Shown here: in pieces, positions 37,871-51,529 of the stretch
How the letters are laid out: each line of letters opens with the position of its first letter
Position numbering within the stretch: position 1 is the stretch's first letter
Source: Octopus vulgaris
Lineage: Eukaryota
Direction: 5' to 3'
Length of the DNA: 64,000 bases
NCBI GenBank assembly: GCA_951406725.2
Contig: OX597823.1
Span: 64,604,001-64,668,000 of the forward strand
Translations under genes and position numbers: made by a program
Notes under the pieces: generated by a model
Seen by the model: the letters and a program-made list of their open reading frames with translations, nothing else
What the model was told of the DNA's origin: nothing
Database searches by the model: none

Positions 37871-39000
37871 TATGTTTGACTTTTGCTTTATATTTGTACA
37901 AGTTGGCTCCAAGTCTCACCCAGAGACCTCAAGAGACAACAGGGTTGGAAGTTCATGTTGTTGTTATGCCTAGTGTGCCATATATTTGGGGGGTGGGGAT
38001 GTTGTACTAATGAATGTCTAAAAATAAAAAAAAAAAAAAAAAAGGTTTTTTTTTTTTTGTTTTTTTTTTTAAACCGAAAATTATGTTTGTTTTAAACCTT
38101 GAGATTACATAGAGAGTATTTTGCGTAGGATATGAGCAGTTCCCATGAGCACTATCTTTTGAACTTCTGCCATTTTTGGGTTTCCTGGTATCTGAGTTAG
38201 GTAGCTATCAGCCCCTTTTGCTATCATTCCCAGGGCACCTATGACAACAGGTATTGTTTTAGTCTTCAGCTTCCACATTTTGCTGATTTCTATTTCAAGA
38301 TCTTTATATTTGCTCAGTTTTTGGTAGGTCTTGACAGATACGTTTATATCGATTGGGACAGTCATATCAATGAGGAGGCATGTTCTTTGTTTGAAGTTTT
38401 TCAATATGATGTCTGGCCTATTTGCATCTATCTTCCTGTCAGTTTGAATGGTGAAGTTCCAGAGGAGTGAGATGTGGTCATTTTCAAGCACTGGGGGTGG
38501 TTTGTGTTCCCACCAGTTTTTTTCATGGGGCAAATCCAGGTTTTTACAGATTACCCAGTGAATATATTGTGCAGCTCTATCGTGCCTGTTGAGATACTCT
38601 GTAGGCGCTAGAAGACTGCACTTGGAGACCACATGGTCAATGGTTTCATTTTGTTGCTTGCATACACGACACGTTGGACTGCTTCTGATCTTTAATATGT
38701 TGGCCTGGTAGTTTCTTGTTGGTAGGCATTGATCTTGAGCTGCTATGATAAACCCCTCTGTTTCAGATTTTAAGCCAGAGGCCATTAGCCATTGATGGGT
38801 CAGGGCTTTGTCGATATCTGCATTATTCGCTCTCTTTGGGTATTTGCCATAGAGAGGTTTTTCTTGCCATTTATTATTCAGAATATCTAAGGCCGCAGTT
38901 TTGGCACGGGTTTTCATGCGCCTAGCTTTTTCTGTGCTTGTTTCATGCGCCTAGCTTTTTCTGAGCTTGTTTTATGCGCCTAGCTTTTTCTGTGCTTGTT
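37869..39000 (-). mobile_element. 5'-truncated R4/Dong-like RLE non-LTR retrotransposon in (TAA)n
   Basis: ORF C-terminus and 3' UTR, flanked on both sides by (TAA)n. Confidence 0.85.
38105..38917 (-). CDS. C-terminal CCHC finger + restriction-like endonuclease domain (partial ORF)
   Basis: CRVC..ETIDHVVSKC, RHD, RPDII..LLID, K..KY.DL, IPVVIGALG: the R2-group RLE signature. Confidence 0.9.
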   Translation of the reverse strand: MKTRAKTAALDILNNKWQEKPLYGKYPKRANNADIDKALTHQWLMASGLKSETEGFIIAAQDQCLPTRNYQANILKIRSSPTCRVCKQQNETIDHVVSKCSLLAPTEYLNRHDRAAQYIHWVICKNLDLPHEKNWWEHKPPPVLENDHISLLWNFTIQTDRKIDANRPDIILKNFKQRTCLLIDMTVPIDINVSVKTYQKLSKYKDLEIEISKMWKLKTKTIPVVIGALGMIAKGADSYLTQIPGNPKMAEVQKIVLMGTAHILRKILSM

Positions 39001-39018
39001 TTATTATTATTATTATTA

Positions 39019-39081
<63 letters not shown>

Positions 39082-39170
39082 TCACTGCCTGGAATCGAAC
39101 TTAGAATCTTGGGGTTATTAGCCTGCACTCTTAACCTCAAGATTCCAAGTCAATTCCAGGCAGTAACCGG

Positions 39171-39253
<83 letters not shown>

Positions 39254-40592
39254 CAATAATAATAACATCGAAAAATACCTTAGGAATGAGAGCCCAGGTT
39301 TGAAATTTCTCCAAGACACCTGATGAAGTCATATATATAAATAAACACAAATATATATATATATATACATGCACCACACATGCATACACAAATGTAGATG
39401 TCGTTTATTTGAAATATTGCTTTCTTTTCTAAAAGTCACAAAACTAACGATGTGCATAATCTAGACAGTGTGTATAATTTAGAGAATGAAACTTAGTATA
39501 TTACTGCTATCTATATAATTGAACTGATGCATAAATTCTGAAATCAAGTATTGACATAGAGAGAAGGTTTGAAGGCTAAATTCAGAAGTAACATAATAAA
39601 TACACCAATGCATTTAGCCCACAGTGTAGGAAGTGCTATCTTTTCCCCTCAATTCACAAACTTCTGTAGAAATAACATATAATTTGAGAAAAGATGGTTT
39701 ATGGTAATATTTACTCTGTATTTGACTTGCTTACCAAGCAAGCAGTTTATACATCAGAAGTTAGCAGTTATATTATTGTTTATATGCTAGCAAATTGTAA
39801 ATTTAAACTTAGGCTGGTTTATATTTTAAGAGATTCCGTGTTTATTGGAATTGTCAAGTTAATATGTAGGTTGAAAGTATGAAAATGGTAATGTGAACAT
39901 ATTTCAATTATCTCACTTGAAGTCGAGTTGTAATTATGGTGGCTGGAATACAGAGAGTTAGTAGTGGAATTTGCGTGTTTATTACAGGTTTCACTTCCGA
40001 CTAAAGACGCTTGATTGTGATTCTGTATGATCTACTAAAAACTACGCTGTATTAATTACTTTTAAGGTTTTTAATATCTCACCAATATATTCAATAAAAG
40101 TTATTCTGAAGCCATTTGTTTCATGTGCTGCGATGTCCTATGACACTGACGAAAGAAAATTCCATAACATATTGCATGAAATATATTTAGTATTCGTTTC
40201 ACGTTTATAAGTCGTTTGAAATAGTCATCCCACTTTGAAATCAATAGCTTTACCAAATTAATTATTATCTTGTAAAAACAGTCAAAAATATTTGTTGAAA
40301 CATGTAGTAGTCTTTCACAAATATATAAAATTAAGTTTGCACATTGTTAATATATTTCCGATAAATTGGACAGTAAATTTGATACAATCTTTAGAACACC
40401 AGAATAAATACATGATAACTTAGTAATAACTAAGTTTTGTCCAGCATCAAGGTCATTTTATTGTCTGCTTTAACATAGAATTCTATATTTTTGATGGGCC
40501 AGATATACAGCATTTCTGTGGATTTATTTTAGATACAGCCTAAACCACCACAATCATACAGTTTTCAGCTTCATCCCACTGCTCACCATTAT

Positions 40593-40795
40593 AATCATCA
40601 TCATTTAACGTCTGCTTTCCATGGGTTGGACGGTTTGCCTGAGGTCTGGCAAGCCAGTGGGCTGCACCAGGCTCCAGTCCAATCTGGCGATGTTTCTACA
40701 GCTGAATGCCCTTCCTAATGCCAATGACCTCAAGAGCGTAGTGGGTGCTTTTTACATGCCACTGGCACAGGAGCCAACAAGGGGGCACTGGCATC
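40593..40795 (-). mobile_element. RTE-type 3' end fragment
   Basis: Matches 1422-1630. A similar fragment lies at 42140-42380. Confidence 0.7.
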
Positions 40796-41202
40796 TGGTG
40801 AAAAATATATTTGACCATCTTATTCTAAGCCCCACGTTTTTTTAAGTTAAATTGGATAGATAAATGGTTCTCAAATTGAAAAATAACATGTTCCTTTTCC
40901 ACCAAAAATAGTGAAATATTTTGTCCCTACTTCTCTCCTTATTGATGAGAAGCCAAAACATTGTGCATCCTTATAATTCCATTTTTTTTGTTCATCATGG
41001 TGTTGTTGAGGTTTAAAAATGTCAAAAATAATCTTAATTTGATTAGTTTTGGCATTTTCCTACCCACTTTTTAATTGTCTCAGCCATTCCATTCTTGAGG
41101 GGTCTGGTTCTTCCCAATGAGAAATGCTGGGGTAGATTACACCTACAGAAGTTCATTAGATTGACTGCATTTTCTTGGAAGACACACTACTTATTTTGTT
41201 AG

Positions 41203-41352
41203 GTGGCTGTGTGGTGAGTAGCTTGCTTATGAACCACATGGTTCTGAGTTCAGTCCCACTGTGTGGCACCTTGGGCAAGTGTCTTCTACTATAGCCTTGG
41301 CTTGACCAAAGCCTTGTGAGTGGATTTGGGAAACTGAAAGAAGCCTGTCATA

Positions 41353-41413
<61 letters not shown>

Positions 41414-41611
41414 ATGTGTTTGTGTGTCTGTGTTTTTTCCTGCTAACATTGCTTGACAACCAATGCTGGTGTGTTTATATCCCCATAACAGCGTTTCGGC
41501 AATAGAGACCGATAGAATAAGTACTAGGCTTACAAAGAATAAGTCAATTTGCTCGACTAAAGGTGGTGCTCCAGCATGGCTACAGTCAAGTGACTGAAAC
41601 AAGTAAGAGTA
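41203..41611 (+). mobile_element. SINE family A
   Basis: Head, (TA)n and tail present. Confidence 0.85.
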
Positions 41612-43695
41612 AACTAGTTCAATACCACCACTGCTGCCACTGCCGCCGCCACCACCACCACCAACAATAACAAAAACAACAACAGCACCAGCACCTGGCC
41701 TTGGATGCCTATAATAGTATATAATTTGTTGCTTGCACTTGGACTAGCTTTCTGGTCTCTTTCAACTGCTGTAAGATTAATTATTTTACATGTCCATGCA
41801 CTGATTTTATCTTGCCATTATGTGTATGTGCAATCATTTTTTTTTAATGAACTAAACTGAATGGATTTAATTCAGGTCATTGTTTCTACTTGCAAAATTA
41901 AATTAAATTAAATTAAATTAAATTACCCTATCTTCCACCAGACGAGTCGACATATTATATAATGTAAACATTCAATCATTGTCACTATCTTTCCAAATGC
42001 TGTTGCGTTATATGTGGAATTTTTAGTTCTCAAAAGTCATCTCAGTATAAAGTTGACCAACCGTTTTTGGCTGTAAATTTCAGTGTTAAAAATTTGATTT
42101 ATATGCTCCAAAATACAGTATTATATATTTTATTCTTGTCGTCGTTGTCGTCGTCATCATTTAACGTCCGCTTTTCATGCTAGAATGGGTTGGACGATTT
42201 TGACTTAGGGCTGGTGAACCAGATGGCTGCACCAGGCTCCAATCTTGATCTGGCAGAGTTTCTACAGCCGGAGGCCCTTCCTAATGCCAACCACTCCGAC
42301 AATGTAGCGGGTGCTTTTTATATGTCACTGGCGTGGGGCCAGTCAGGCAGTACTTGCAACAACCTCACTCGAATCTTTTTACATCCATTTTAATTATTTT
42401 TATCATTTACAATATTATCTGATTCAGTTGTTTACAGTTGGCTACATATAGGCCTTTTACATAATCCTCTATGTAGCTTGTCAAATTTCTCTTTTCTTAT
42501 CTCTCACTTATCCACAGCACTTCAGCTGCTAATCCCTATCCATCCTCAACTTTTTTTTAACACTCTGCATGACATTAAGTTATATAAATCAGCATTCTGA
42601 ATAACATAACATTTCCTACTCTCAAAAAATAAATATTATGGATGCCTTTTAGTGGATGCCATAAATATTATGGCTGCCCTTTCTGAAAACAGTCTTAGCA
42701 GTCCTGCTGAAAGTGTCATGGACACTGCCCTTTGACCTCTGACGAAACCACATAAAAAACAAGTCACAGAAATCTGTGAGGAGCAACATCCTCAAACCTT
42801 ATTTTATCACTTCTTTAATTCTGACTATTCTAGATGTATCTCTGTCCTTTTCAATCATTACACACTCATATAAACAGTATTGATCTACTCTGTTGCAGAG
42901 TTATGTACAATATATAAAGGTCCTAAAAAAACTACTATACTATATTATATAGGTGTGGCTTTGTGGTAAGGAGTTTGCTTTCCAACCACATGGTTCTGAG
43001 TTCAATCCCACCATGTGACAGTTTGGGCAAGTATCTTCTACCATAGCTTTGAGCTGACCAAAGCCTTATGAGTGAATTTGGTACACAGAAACTGAAAGAA
43101 GACCATCTGTGTGTGTGTGTGTATGTGTGTCCTCCCAACATTGCTTGACAACTGGTGTTACTTTGTTTCCATTCCTACCAAATCCACTCGCAAGGCTTTG
43201 ATCAGCCAGGGGGTGACAACGGTATTTTTTTCTGGTTCTTCATTTTCTACATTCAAATGCTGCCATAAGCTGTTTGGGTGTGAGGCTTAATCTTTGATTC
43301 AGTAAATAAAAAAAGGAAGGAAAAAGGCACCTGGCACTTTAAATGCCTTTAGTGGAATCCATTCAGTTGCAAGCATTCTTTGGGGTTAGGTCTCCACAGT
43401 ACCATCAAGTCTGTATTCCTCCAGCCATAGACACTTTGTAATGGGTCTTGGTATTACTCTTCGCTCCTGACAGAAAGGCAAAATAAAACAAAAACAAAAG
43501 CAAATAGAAAAAAAAACACATATCTCCCTTAATTCACACTCAGCCATCCTTTTCATGCCACTGTCTTTAAAAATGTATTCACTGAGTAATGAGGTCCTAT
43601 CTCTGTAAAAACACTTAATATGTAAAAAAAAAAAAAGAAAGGGTCAGAACGACCATGGTTGTCATAAGTCTGCCCATCCAGGATAAAAAAGGAGA

Positions 43696-43696
43696 T

Positions 43697-43759
<63 letters not shown>

Positions 43760-43760
43760 G

Positions 43761-43837
<77 letters not shown>
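43696..43837. repeat. (GATA)n microsatellite
   Basis: Seen directly. Confidence 0.95.
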
Positions 43838-43838
<1 letters not shown>

Positions 43839-44679
43839 GAAAGAGAGAGAGACTATGTGTAATTTGCTCTCCTCTATTGAACTTTATCTATCATATTTTC
43901 TGGCATGAAAATCAATTTTTCAGACCAAATTTTACAGCCTTAAAGAAAAAGACACCAAGATGCCTTTGGTAGATGCAAAAATTCCCTGTGAAATGGCAGC
44001 AGGATTTAGAAAGGTAGTGATGGTGTTCACATTATACACTCTGTCTATTTTTATTTGCCAGGAAATACAATAACAATGTCTAACTAGCTCCTCTGTCTAC
44101 TTTAACATTCATGACAAATCACACCAGTCATTAATTATCAATGCAATGAAAACTGAAGCTATTCACAAATTAACCTGAAAAATGAGGAAGGAAGAAAGAG
44201 AAAAAAACTCAAAAACACGCAGACAATCTCAAATTGCAAAATATTATTTTTTATATATTTTAGATAAGATGATTTAATTCTTTGCATAATTGAACAGTAA
44301 TGAGACACCACCACTTTCAGTAACTACGAACTGCACTGTGCGCATACTTTATAATACAATGCCTCTTCCTTCTCATGTCCGTTAATACCATTCTTCTTCT
44401 TCTTCTTCTTCACCTTCTTCACCTTCTTCACCTTCTTCACCTTCTCCTCCTCCTCCTCCCCCTTCTTCTTCTTCTTCTTTTTCTTCTTCTGCTTCTTCTC
44501 CTCCTTCTCCTCCTCCTCCCTCTTCTTCTTCTTCTTCTTATTCTTCTTCTTCTTCTCTCCTCCACCTCCTCCTCCTCCTCCTCTTCTTCCTCCACCTCCT
44601 CCTCCTCCTTCTTTTTCTTCTTCTTCTTCCTCAACTTCTTCATCTTCTCATTATTGTTGTGGTCATCATCATCCTCATT

Positions 44680-44990
44680 ATTATTTGATGAACGCTTTCA
44701 GCTTATTTTGCTTGGCAGCATGATAGAAAGTGTCAGCTGTCCACAGCCAGCAGACTATGGTGACACTTGTTAACTAACCGGTCATGTTTCAAGAACCCTG
44801 CGAAGAATTCTTGTAGTTCCACGCAATGCTGATTTTTGTAGGTGTTCTATCTTTACACTTGTACCAATCTTTTTGAGCCATGCTGGTAGTTCAGTTCTGA
44901 TGCTTCCAAGTACACCAATTACTATTGGTATCACGTCCACTCTCCTCATTGACTACAACCTTTGTATTTCTCACTTCAAATCGTTGTATT
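44680..44990 (-). mobile_element. degenerate R4/Dong-like LINE 3' fragment
   Basis: YNDLK*EIQRL*SMRRVDVIPIVIGVLGS...LQKSALRGTTRILRRVLET*, homologous to the end of the 38105 ORF; TAA repeats on both sides. Confidence 0.75.
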
Positions 44991-45234
44991 ATTATTATTA
45001 TTACTTTTTTTTTTCTTCTTTCAAATTTGCTTCCATTTCTTGCCGAGTGTCTTCCCGACTCCTACGGCAAAGAAACTCATAGTATACATTGGTAGGCCAT
45101 TAAACCAAACTCAATAGTTCGTTCATTTAAAAAAATTTTTTTTTTTTTTTTAAGTTAAATTAAAATACATGAGCAGCAACAGTTCTCACATCGACAATGC
45201 TCTTTTCAATACGTGTGATGTACCAGTTAAGACA

Positions 45235-45281
<47 letters not shown>

Positions 45282-45282
<1 letters not shown>

Positions 45283-46035
45283 TCCACACACTCGTTCAGT
45301 GTTTGGGCATTGCTGACTTGTGGGGTTATGTCAAACTGCTGCTATCACATGTAGGATGGATTTGTCTGTCAACTGAGTCTGTAGTGTTGATTGTCCTACA
45401 GCTCTTCTTCAATCAGGAAGGCAAGGCAGTTTCCCTTTTCCTGCTGATTGTAGTGAAAGAGGTTATTTGGTGAACAAGGCTGAAAGGCATAAGGACAGAT
45501 ACATTCCTTTTTGGTAGAGCTCTCATTGATTTCTTCAAATTGCACTTGAAAAGGGAACTGAGGGTGGAGAGAGAAGAGCTGCCCTCAAGTGAGTTTGTTG
45601 AAAGGTGGGTAAAAGTTGCAAAAATGGCAAGAGTGGAGGGTTCTTTTCTAAGTGTAGACCTGTGAGTTGGAGAGAAGGAATTGGAGAGGGCACTTGCTCT
45701 TAGTGTTCAGGGAAATCTCGGACAGTGGGGTTCCTATATTATCTCTAAAGGTCATATTGTATAAGGAGGGCTACATCTCTATCACCCACCTCCCTTTTTT
45801 TTTTTTAAATCCCTTTTTTTTAAAAATCTTTGTCTACTATGTATATTTCCCTTCCTTTCTTTGAATACTGTGTATACTTACATTTTTATTTATTTATTTA
45901 TTTATTTATTAAAAACATTATTTTTGTTACTTATTTAATTATTTTATCAGTTCATTATATGTAAACTCCAACATTTTATGTCTGTCTCTGTATTGTCACC
46001 CCTCATCCTTCACCTTGGTGGCAAATAAATGAAAT
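45282..46035 (+). mobile_element. old 5'-truncated Tx1-clade LINE 3' end
   Basis: FHTLVQCLGIADLWGYVKLLLSHVGWICLSTESV aligns with unit-4 PHAIVHCPDVSEVWVYAEHLLSGTRRVQLSTESI. U-rich UTR and tail tattgtcaccc...ccttggtggcaaataaatgaaat. Confidence 0.75.
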
Positions 46036-46052
46036 CATCAGCATTATTATTA

Positions 46053-47308
46053 TTGGGTTGTCTGGAAAGTTCGTGCCAATTTTTAAAGGAAACAAGAAGG
46101 TCAATAAATACTTGCCATTACATTTTTAATCAACCAAATATGAACCATTTTGTTGCATAAAGTGTCTCCATCTTTCCTTTAACTTGAGGTGGTTTCAGGG
46201 CAAAGAATTCATCAAGGTATCTTTTTACATCATCCAAGGAATTGAAATTTTTACCATTAAGACTATTCTACAGAGACCTGAATAAGTGGAAATCTGAAGG
46301 AGCAATATCTGGTGAATATGGAGGGTGGGGTAACACATCCCAGCCAAGCTGCAGCAATTTTTGTCTGGTTTCCAAAGGAATGTGTGGTCTTGCATTATCA
46401 TGTTGGAAAACAACAACCTTTCTGTTGGCCAATTCTGGATGTTTCTCTTGAATTGCTGCTTTTAATTTGCCCAGTTGTGTGCAGTATTTCTCAGAATTAA
46501 TTGTCTGGTTACTTGGGAGAAGCTCATAGTACAGAATTCCTTTCCAATCCCACCAGACACAAAGCAAGACTTTTTTAGGGTGAAGACCTGCTTTTGGGGT
46601 GACTAAGGGTGGCTCATGTTGCTTACTCCTGGATCGCTTTCTCTGAACATTTCAGTAGATAATCCATTTCTCATCACCTGTCTCAATTTGCTTTAAAAAA
46701 AGGTGCATTTTCATTCTGTTTATAAAGCGAATCACAGATGGAAATGCGATCCAAAAGGTTCTTCTCACTCAACTCATGTGGTACTGAAACATCGTAGTGA
46801 TTTGTGTACCTAAACTTTACCAGGTGCTCATGAACAATGGATTTTGATAGGTTGAGGCTTTCTACCAATTGTCAGGTTGTGCAATGTGGGTTATTCTCAA
46901 TTAATGACTTGATTTGATCATCATCTATAGTGGATCGTCTGCGTCTGACTGATCATTCTTTATCAATAAGGCTACAAATTTCCAGCTCAGAACCTTGTGA
47001 ACCACTTCCGTACAGTTTTTTTGATAAAGAAACATCACTGTAAACTGCGCATATTTCTTTGGTCGCTTGTGAGGCATTTTTCCCTATATGGAAAAAGAAA
47101 ATGAACTTTCTTATCTTCCATTTTAAAGGGTTACAGAATTAACACTAGTTATAATAGGAACATAAACCTTCTTCCACAAAAAGATAGCTTAAACTGTGCT
47201 CTAAATGGAGGTGTAGTCAAATCCTATTTCATGGACTTAACCATGTTCTATAAAATAAGTCAAAAGGTAAGCCACTATAAATCGGCATGAACTTTCCAGA
47301 CAACCCAG
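46053..47308 (-). mobile_element. mariner element
   Basis: TA|ttgggttgtctggaaagttcgtgccaattt ... aaatcggcatgaactttccagacaacccag|TA; about 1.26 kb. Confidence 0.95.
46126..47121 (-). pseudogene. mariner DD34D transposase, disrupted
   Basis: VPHEL, TGDEKW, HDNARPH, YSPDIAPSDFHLF; D-34-D spacing. Confidence 0.92.
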
Positions 47309-48525
47309 TAGTTCCCTTGCCAATCCAGTTAGGTGAGCAGCAATCCTGATTATGTGCTGATTGCACCTGTGATAATTGGTCCAGCCCATGGACAGCATGG
47401 ACAGAGGATTTAAATGGATGGTGATGATGATGATGGTCACATTCACTTTGGTGGTGGAGGAAAAAAAGAGACAAAGATGAAACCAATATTTCTTACATTT
47501 TTGTGCTCCTTAAAAAAAAATTCCACAGATTCTAAACAAAACAGAATTGGGATCAATGTAATGGACTCTAACTCTTTTCCCAAATTCAAGATTTTGTGCC
47601 TTTATTAAGAAATACTTATTAAAACGGTATTTTCACCATTGGTCAAAATACTCAGTGGCATTTCTACTGGCTCTTGATATTCTGAGTTCAAATTCTGCCC
47701 AGATCAGTCTTGCCTTTTAACCTTTCAGGGTTGATAAAATAAAGTACCAGTCAAGTGCTGGAATTTGTGTTACTGACTTGCCCTTCCCCTCAAAATTACT
47801 GGCTTTATGCCAAAATTAGAAAGGATTATTAAAATGCATATGAAATATCTCTCTGGCAGCAAATAGAAGATTGAATATTCCTCTATTGATGCAGCTATTT
47901 CTTTTTTTTTTCTATTGCTTCCATTCTCCTTTTTTGTTCTCAAATTATTCAAATTTTTCCATCCATTGGCACGGATATAATAACTATGTCAACCAGACCG
48001 ACATACAGACAGGCGATTGTGATTCTAGAATTTATGATTCTTATGATTCTACAGTTTTGTGTGTCCTGCTCCCTAATAGCTATTCCCCACCCCCTCCTAC
48101 CACCACCACCTCCACCATAACCACTACCACCACTCTGCTGCAGCTGTTGCTGTTTCTGCCGCTCTCTCATCTCTGCTGCTACCAACACCACCACCACTAC
48201 CACCTCCACCACCACCACCACCACCACCATCGCCACCGCCACCACCACTATTAGTGCCCAAACAAACAGCACCAAGATATTCAAAAATCATGATCGATTC
48301 ATACGTTTCTTTGTTAGCTGGTGCCAAAATCTATTGCCTTTCTTGTACTCGATTTACATTTTACCTTATTACAGAAGAACATAATTCAATTTTAGTCAGG
48401 TAAAATGGGTTACTACAACTGATTAGTTTATTTGCAAATAGAATGGAATTTTTGAAAGCTACTCTTCTTGAAAGATAGATTAAAAAAAAAAACAAGAAGG
48501 TAAAAACTAAATAACCCAAAACAAG

Positions 48526-48686
<161 letters not shown>

Positions 48687-48939
48687 CACAAGTAGTATTT
48701 GTTATAGGAGACACATTATATTGTTGTTATAAAGCAAATAGCAAGTTTATTATTACATGTTGAAGTTTGCATCCCCAAACTGATGCTGTATTCATGACAA
48801 ATAAACATCACATCACAGTTTGAAATGTATGAAATGGAAGCTGGCATTGTATGCCACTTTTTTTTATTCTCCCCCGACACAAGCAAAAAGACATTGAAAT
48901 CAATTTTTTTAAGTATGTTGTTGTTGTGGTTATTATTGT

Positions 48940-49384
48940 TAAGGTGGTTAGCATGGTAGAGTTTTTAGGTTTATTTTATTTTATTTTTTTTTCAGCATGT
49001 CTGACAAAATGCTTGGCAGCATTTCATTTATATTTCATGTTCTGAGTTCAAATTCTGTCATGGGTGAATTTGCCTTTCATCCTTTCGTGGGTCTATAGAA
49101 TAAATATCAGTTGAGCAATGGTGATCAATATAAATGACTTACTCCTGTCCCCACCAAATCGATGGCCCTGTGCCAAAATTTGAAAATATTTTGCATTCTG
49201 AGTTCAAATTCCACAAAGAGCAACTTTGCCTTAAATCATCTTGGGGTCATATAATAAGTATTAGTTGAACACTGGAGTTACGACTAGCTCCTGACCTAAA
49301 ATTTCAGGTCCTGTCCTTATAGTAGAAAGGATTATTATTATTATTATTATTATTATTATCATCATCATCATCATTATTATTATC

Positions 49385-49425
<41 letters not shown>

Positions 49426-49680
49426 CAGTAGTAGTAGCAGTAGTAGTAGCAGCAGTAGTAGTAGTAAGGTGGCAAGGTGGCAGAATCATTAGCACACCGG
49501 GTGAAATGCTTAGTGGTATTTTGTCTGTCTTTACACTCTGAATTCAAATTCCTCCGAGGTCGACTTTGCCTTTCATCCTTTCGAGGTGAGTAAAATAAGT
49601 ACCAGTTGAGCACTGGGGTTGATGTAATCGACTATACACCTTCTACCCATATACCAGGCCTTGTGCCTATAGTAGAAAGG

Positions 49681-49681
<1 letters not shown>
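48940..49681 (+). mobile_element. cluster of SINE family B copies with (TTA)n tails
   Basis: Repeated tctgagttcaaattc..ctttgcctttcatcc cores at about 49040, 49196 and 49537. Others at about 47680, 50245, 58665 and 59193. Confidence 0.75.
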
Positions 49682-49736
<55 letters not shown>

Positions 49737-49752
49737 CATTATTATTATTATA

Positions 49753-49925
49753 TAGTTGCAGGAGTGGCTGTGTGGTAAGTAGCTTGCTTACCCGCCATAT
49801 GGTTCCAGGTTCAGTCCCACTGCATGTCACCTTGGGCAAGTGTCTTCTACTATAGCCTTGGGCCGACCAAAGACTTGTGAGTAGATTTGGTAGACGGAAA
49901 CTGAAAGAAGCCCATCGTATATATG

Positions 49926-49958
<33 letters not shown>

Positions 49959-50175
49959 GTGTGTGTATATGTTTGTGTGTCTGTGTTTATCCCCCAACAT
50001 CGCTTGACAACCGATGCTGGTGTGTTTACATCCATATAACTTAGTGGTTCGGCAAAAGAGACTGATAGAATAAGTACCAGGCTTACAAAGAATAAGTCCT
50101 GGGGTTGATTTCTTCGACTAAAGGCGGTGCTCCAGCGTGGCCGCAGTCAAATGACTGAAACAGGTAAAGAGAGTA
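49753..50175 (+). mobile_element. SINE family A, full length
   Basis: Matches 10118-10530. Confidence 0.9.
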
Positions 50176-50635
50176 AGGCAGTGAGCTGGCAGACTCACCA
50201 TGCTGGATGCAAATGCTCAGCAGCATTTTGTCCATCTTTACATAATGAGTTCAAATACTACTGAGATCGACTTTGCCTTTTATCCTTTCAGGGTCAACAA
50301 AATAAGTACCAGTTATCAAGCAACAGGCTTGATGTAACTGACTCGCCTCCTCCCCCAAATTTTCATGTCTTGTACCTATAGAAGACAAGCTTATTATTTC
50401 TATAACAAATTTTTCTTGATAAATGCTGTATTTACACATTATCCACTGGATGTGACCTAAACACCTGAAGTATATAGCCGATACAATGATCCTAATTTGA
50501 GAAGGGATAGGACTGGATAACTTCAAATTAGAAAACAAAAAGGAAAAAGATATGTGTACATGAGAGCTTGATAAATATTCTATAGAACTATGAAATTTAA
50601 GGTGATAGTGCTCATCATACTATGTATGCAATGTC

Positions 50636-50839
50636 TCTCTTTTACTTGTTTCAGTCATTTGACTGCGGCCATGCTGGAGCACCACCTTTTAGTCAAGCAA
50701 ATCGACCCCAGAACTTATTCTTTGTAAACTTAGTATTTATTCTATCAGTCTCTTTTGCTGAACCACTAAGTTATGGGGATGTAAACACACCACCATCGGT
50801 TGTCAAGCAATGTTGGGGGGGGGGACAAACACAGACACA

Positions 50840-50906
<67 letters not shown>

Positions 50907-51070
50907 GTACAACAAGCTTCTTTCAGTTTCTGTCTACGAAATCCACTTACAAGGCTTTGGTCCGTCAGCGGCTATAGTAGAAGACACTCGCCCAAGGTGC
51001 CACGCAGTGGGAATGAACCTGGAACCATGAGGTTGGTAAGCAAGCGACTTACCACACAGCCACTCCTGCA
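50636..51070 (-). mobile_element. SINE family A, full length
   Basis: Reverse complement match. Confidence 0.9.
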
Positions 51071-51154
51071 TCTGTTAGGATTATTTTCAGTGGTGAGACA
51101 TGAAGTTTGAATGAGAGTAAATGAGTAGGGAGAAGGTTCTCTGTCACTGTTACT

Positions 51155-51191
<37 letters not shown>

Positions 51192-51473
51192 AATCTACTT
51201 GTCTGCCATCTTTCTGCATTCCAGCCAGCTTGTCTATCTCTCTCTGTATGTCTCCCTACCTGCCCAAATACCTAACTATCTCTGTCTCCTTGTCAGACAA
51301 TATAGATAAGCATTAGAAGCTAAACTGACAACAAACAACATGTCTATCTATGTATTTTATTTGTCTGTTATCCAATATTTATATCAATTTTCTATCTCAA
51401 CATGCTGTAACGTTATTTTCTCACATTGTTATAATAAACCACATTTGACAACATCCATATTAACAATTATAGC

Positions 51474-51529
<56 letters not shown>

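Larger units (their letters stand above)
37657..39328. mobile_element. foldback element: tRNA-like head + (TAA)n + hammerhead-like motif, interrupted by an R4/Dong-like LINE
   Basis: 37722-37790 is inverted at 39260-39328; 39078-39110 is inverted at 39139-39170; B-box-like gttcgattcc on the minus strand near 39090-39100. Confidence 0.65.

Noticed and set aside
44391-44645. Poly-Leu and Arg/Glu-rich ORFs
   Set aside because: (CTT)n/(CCT)n microsatellite.
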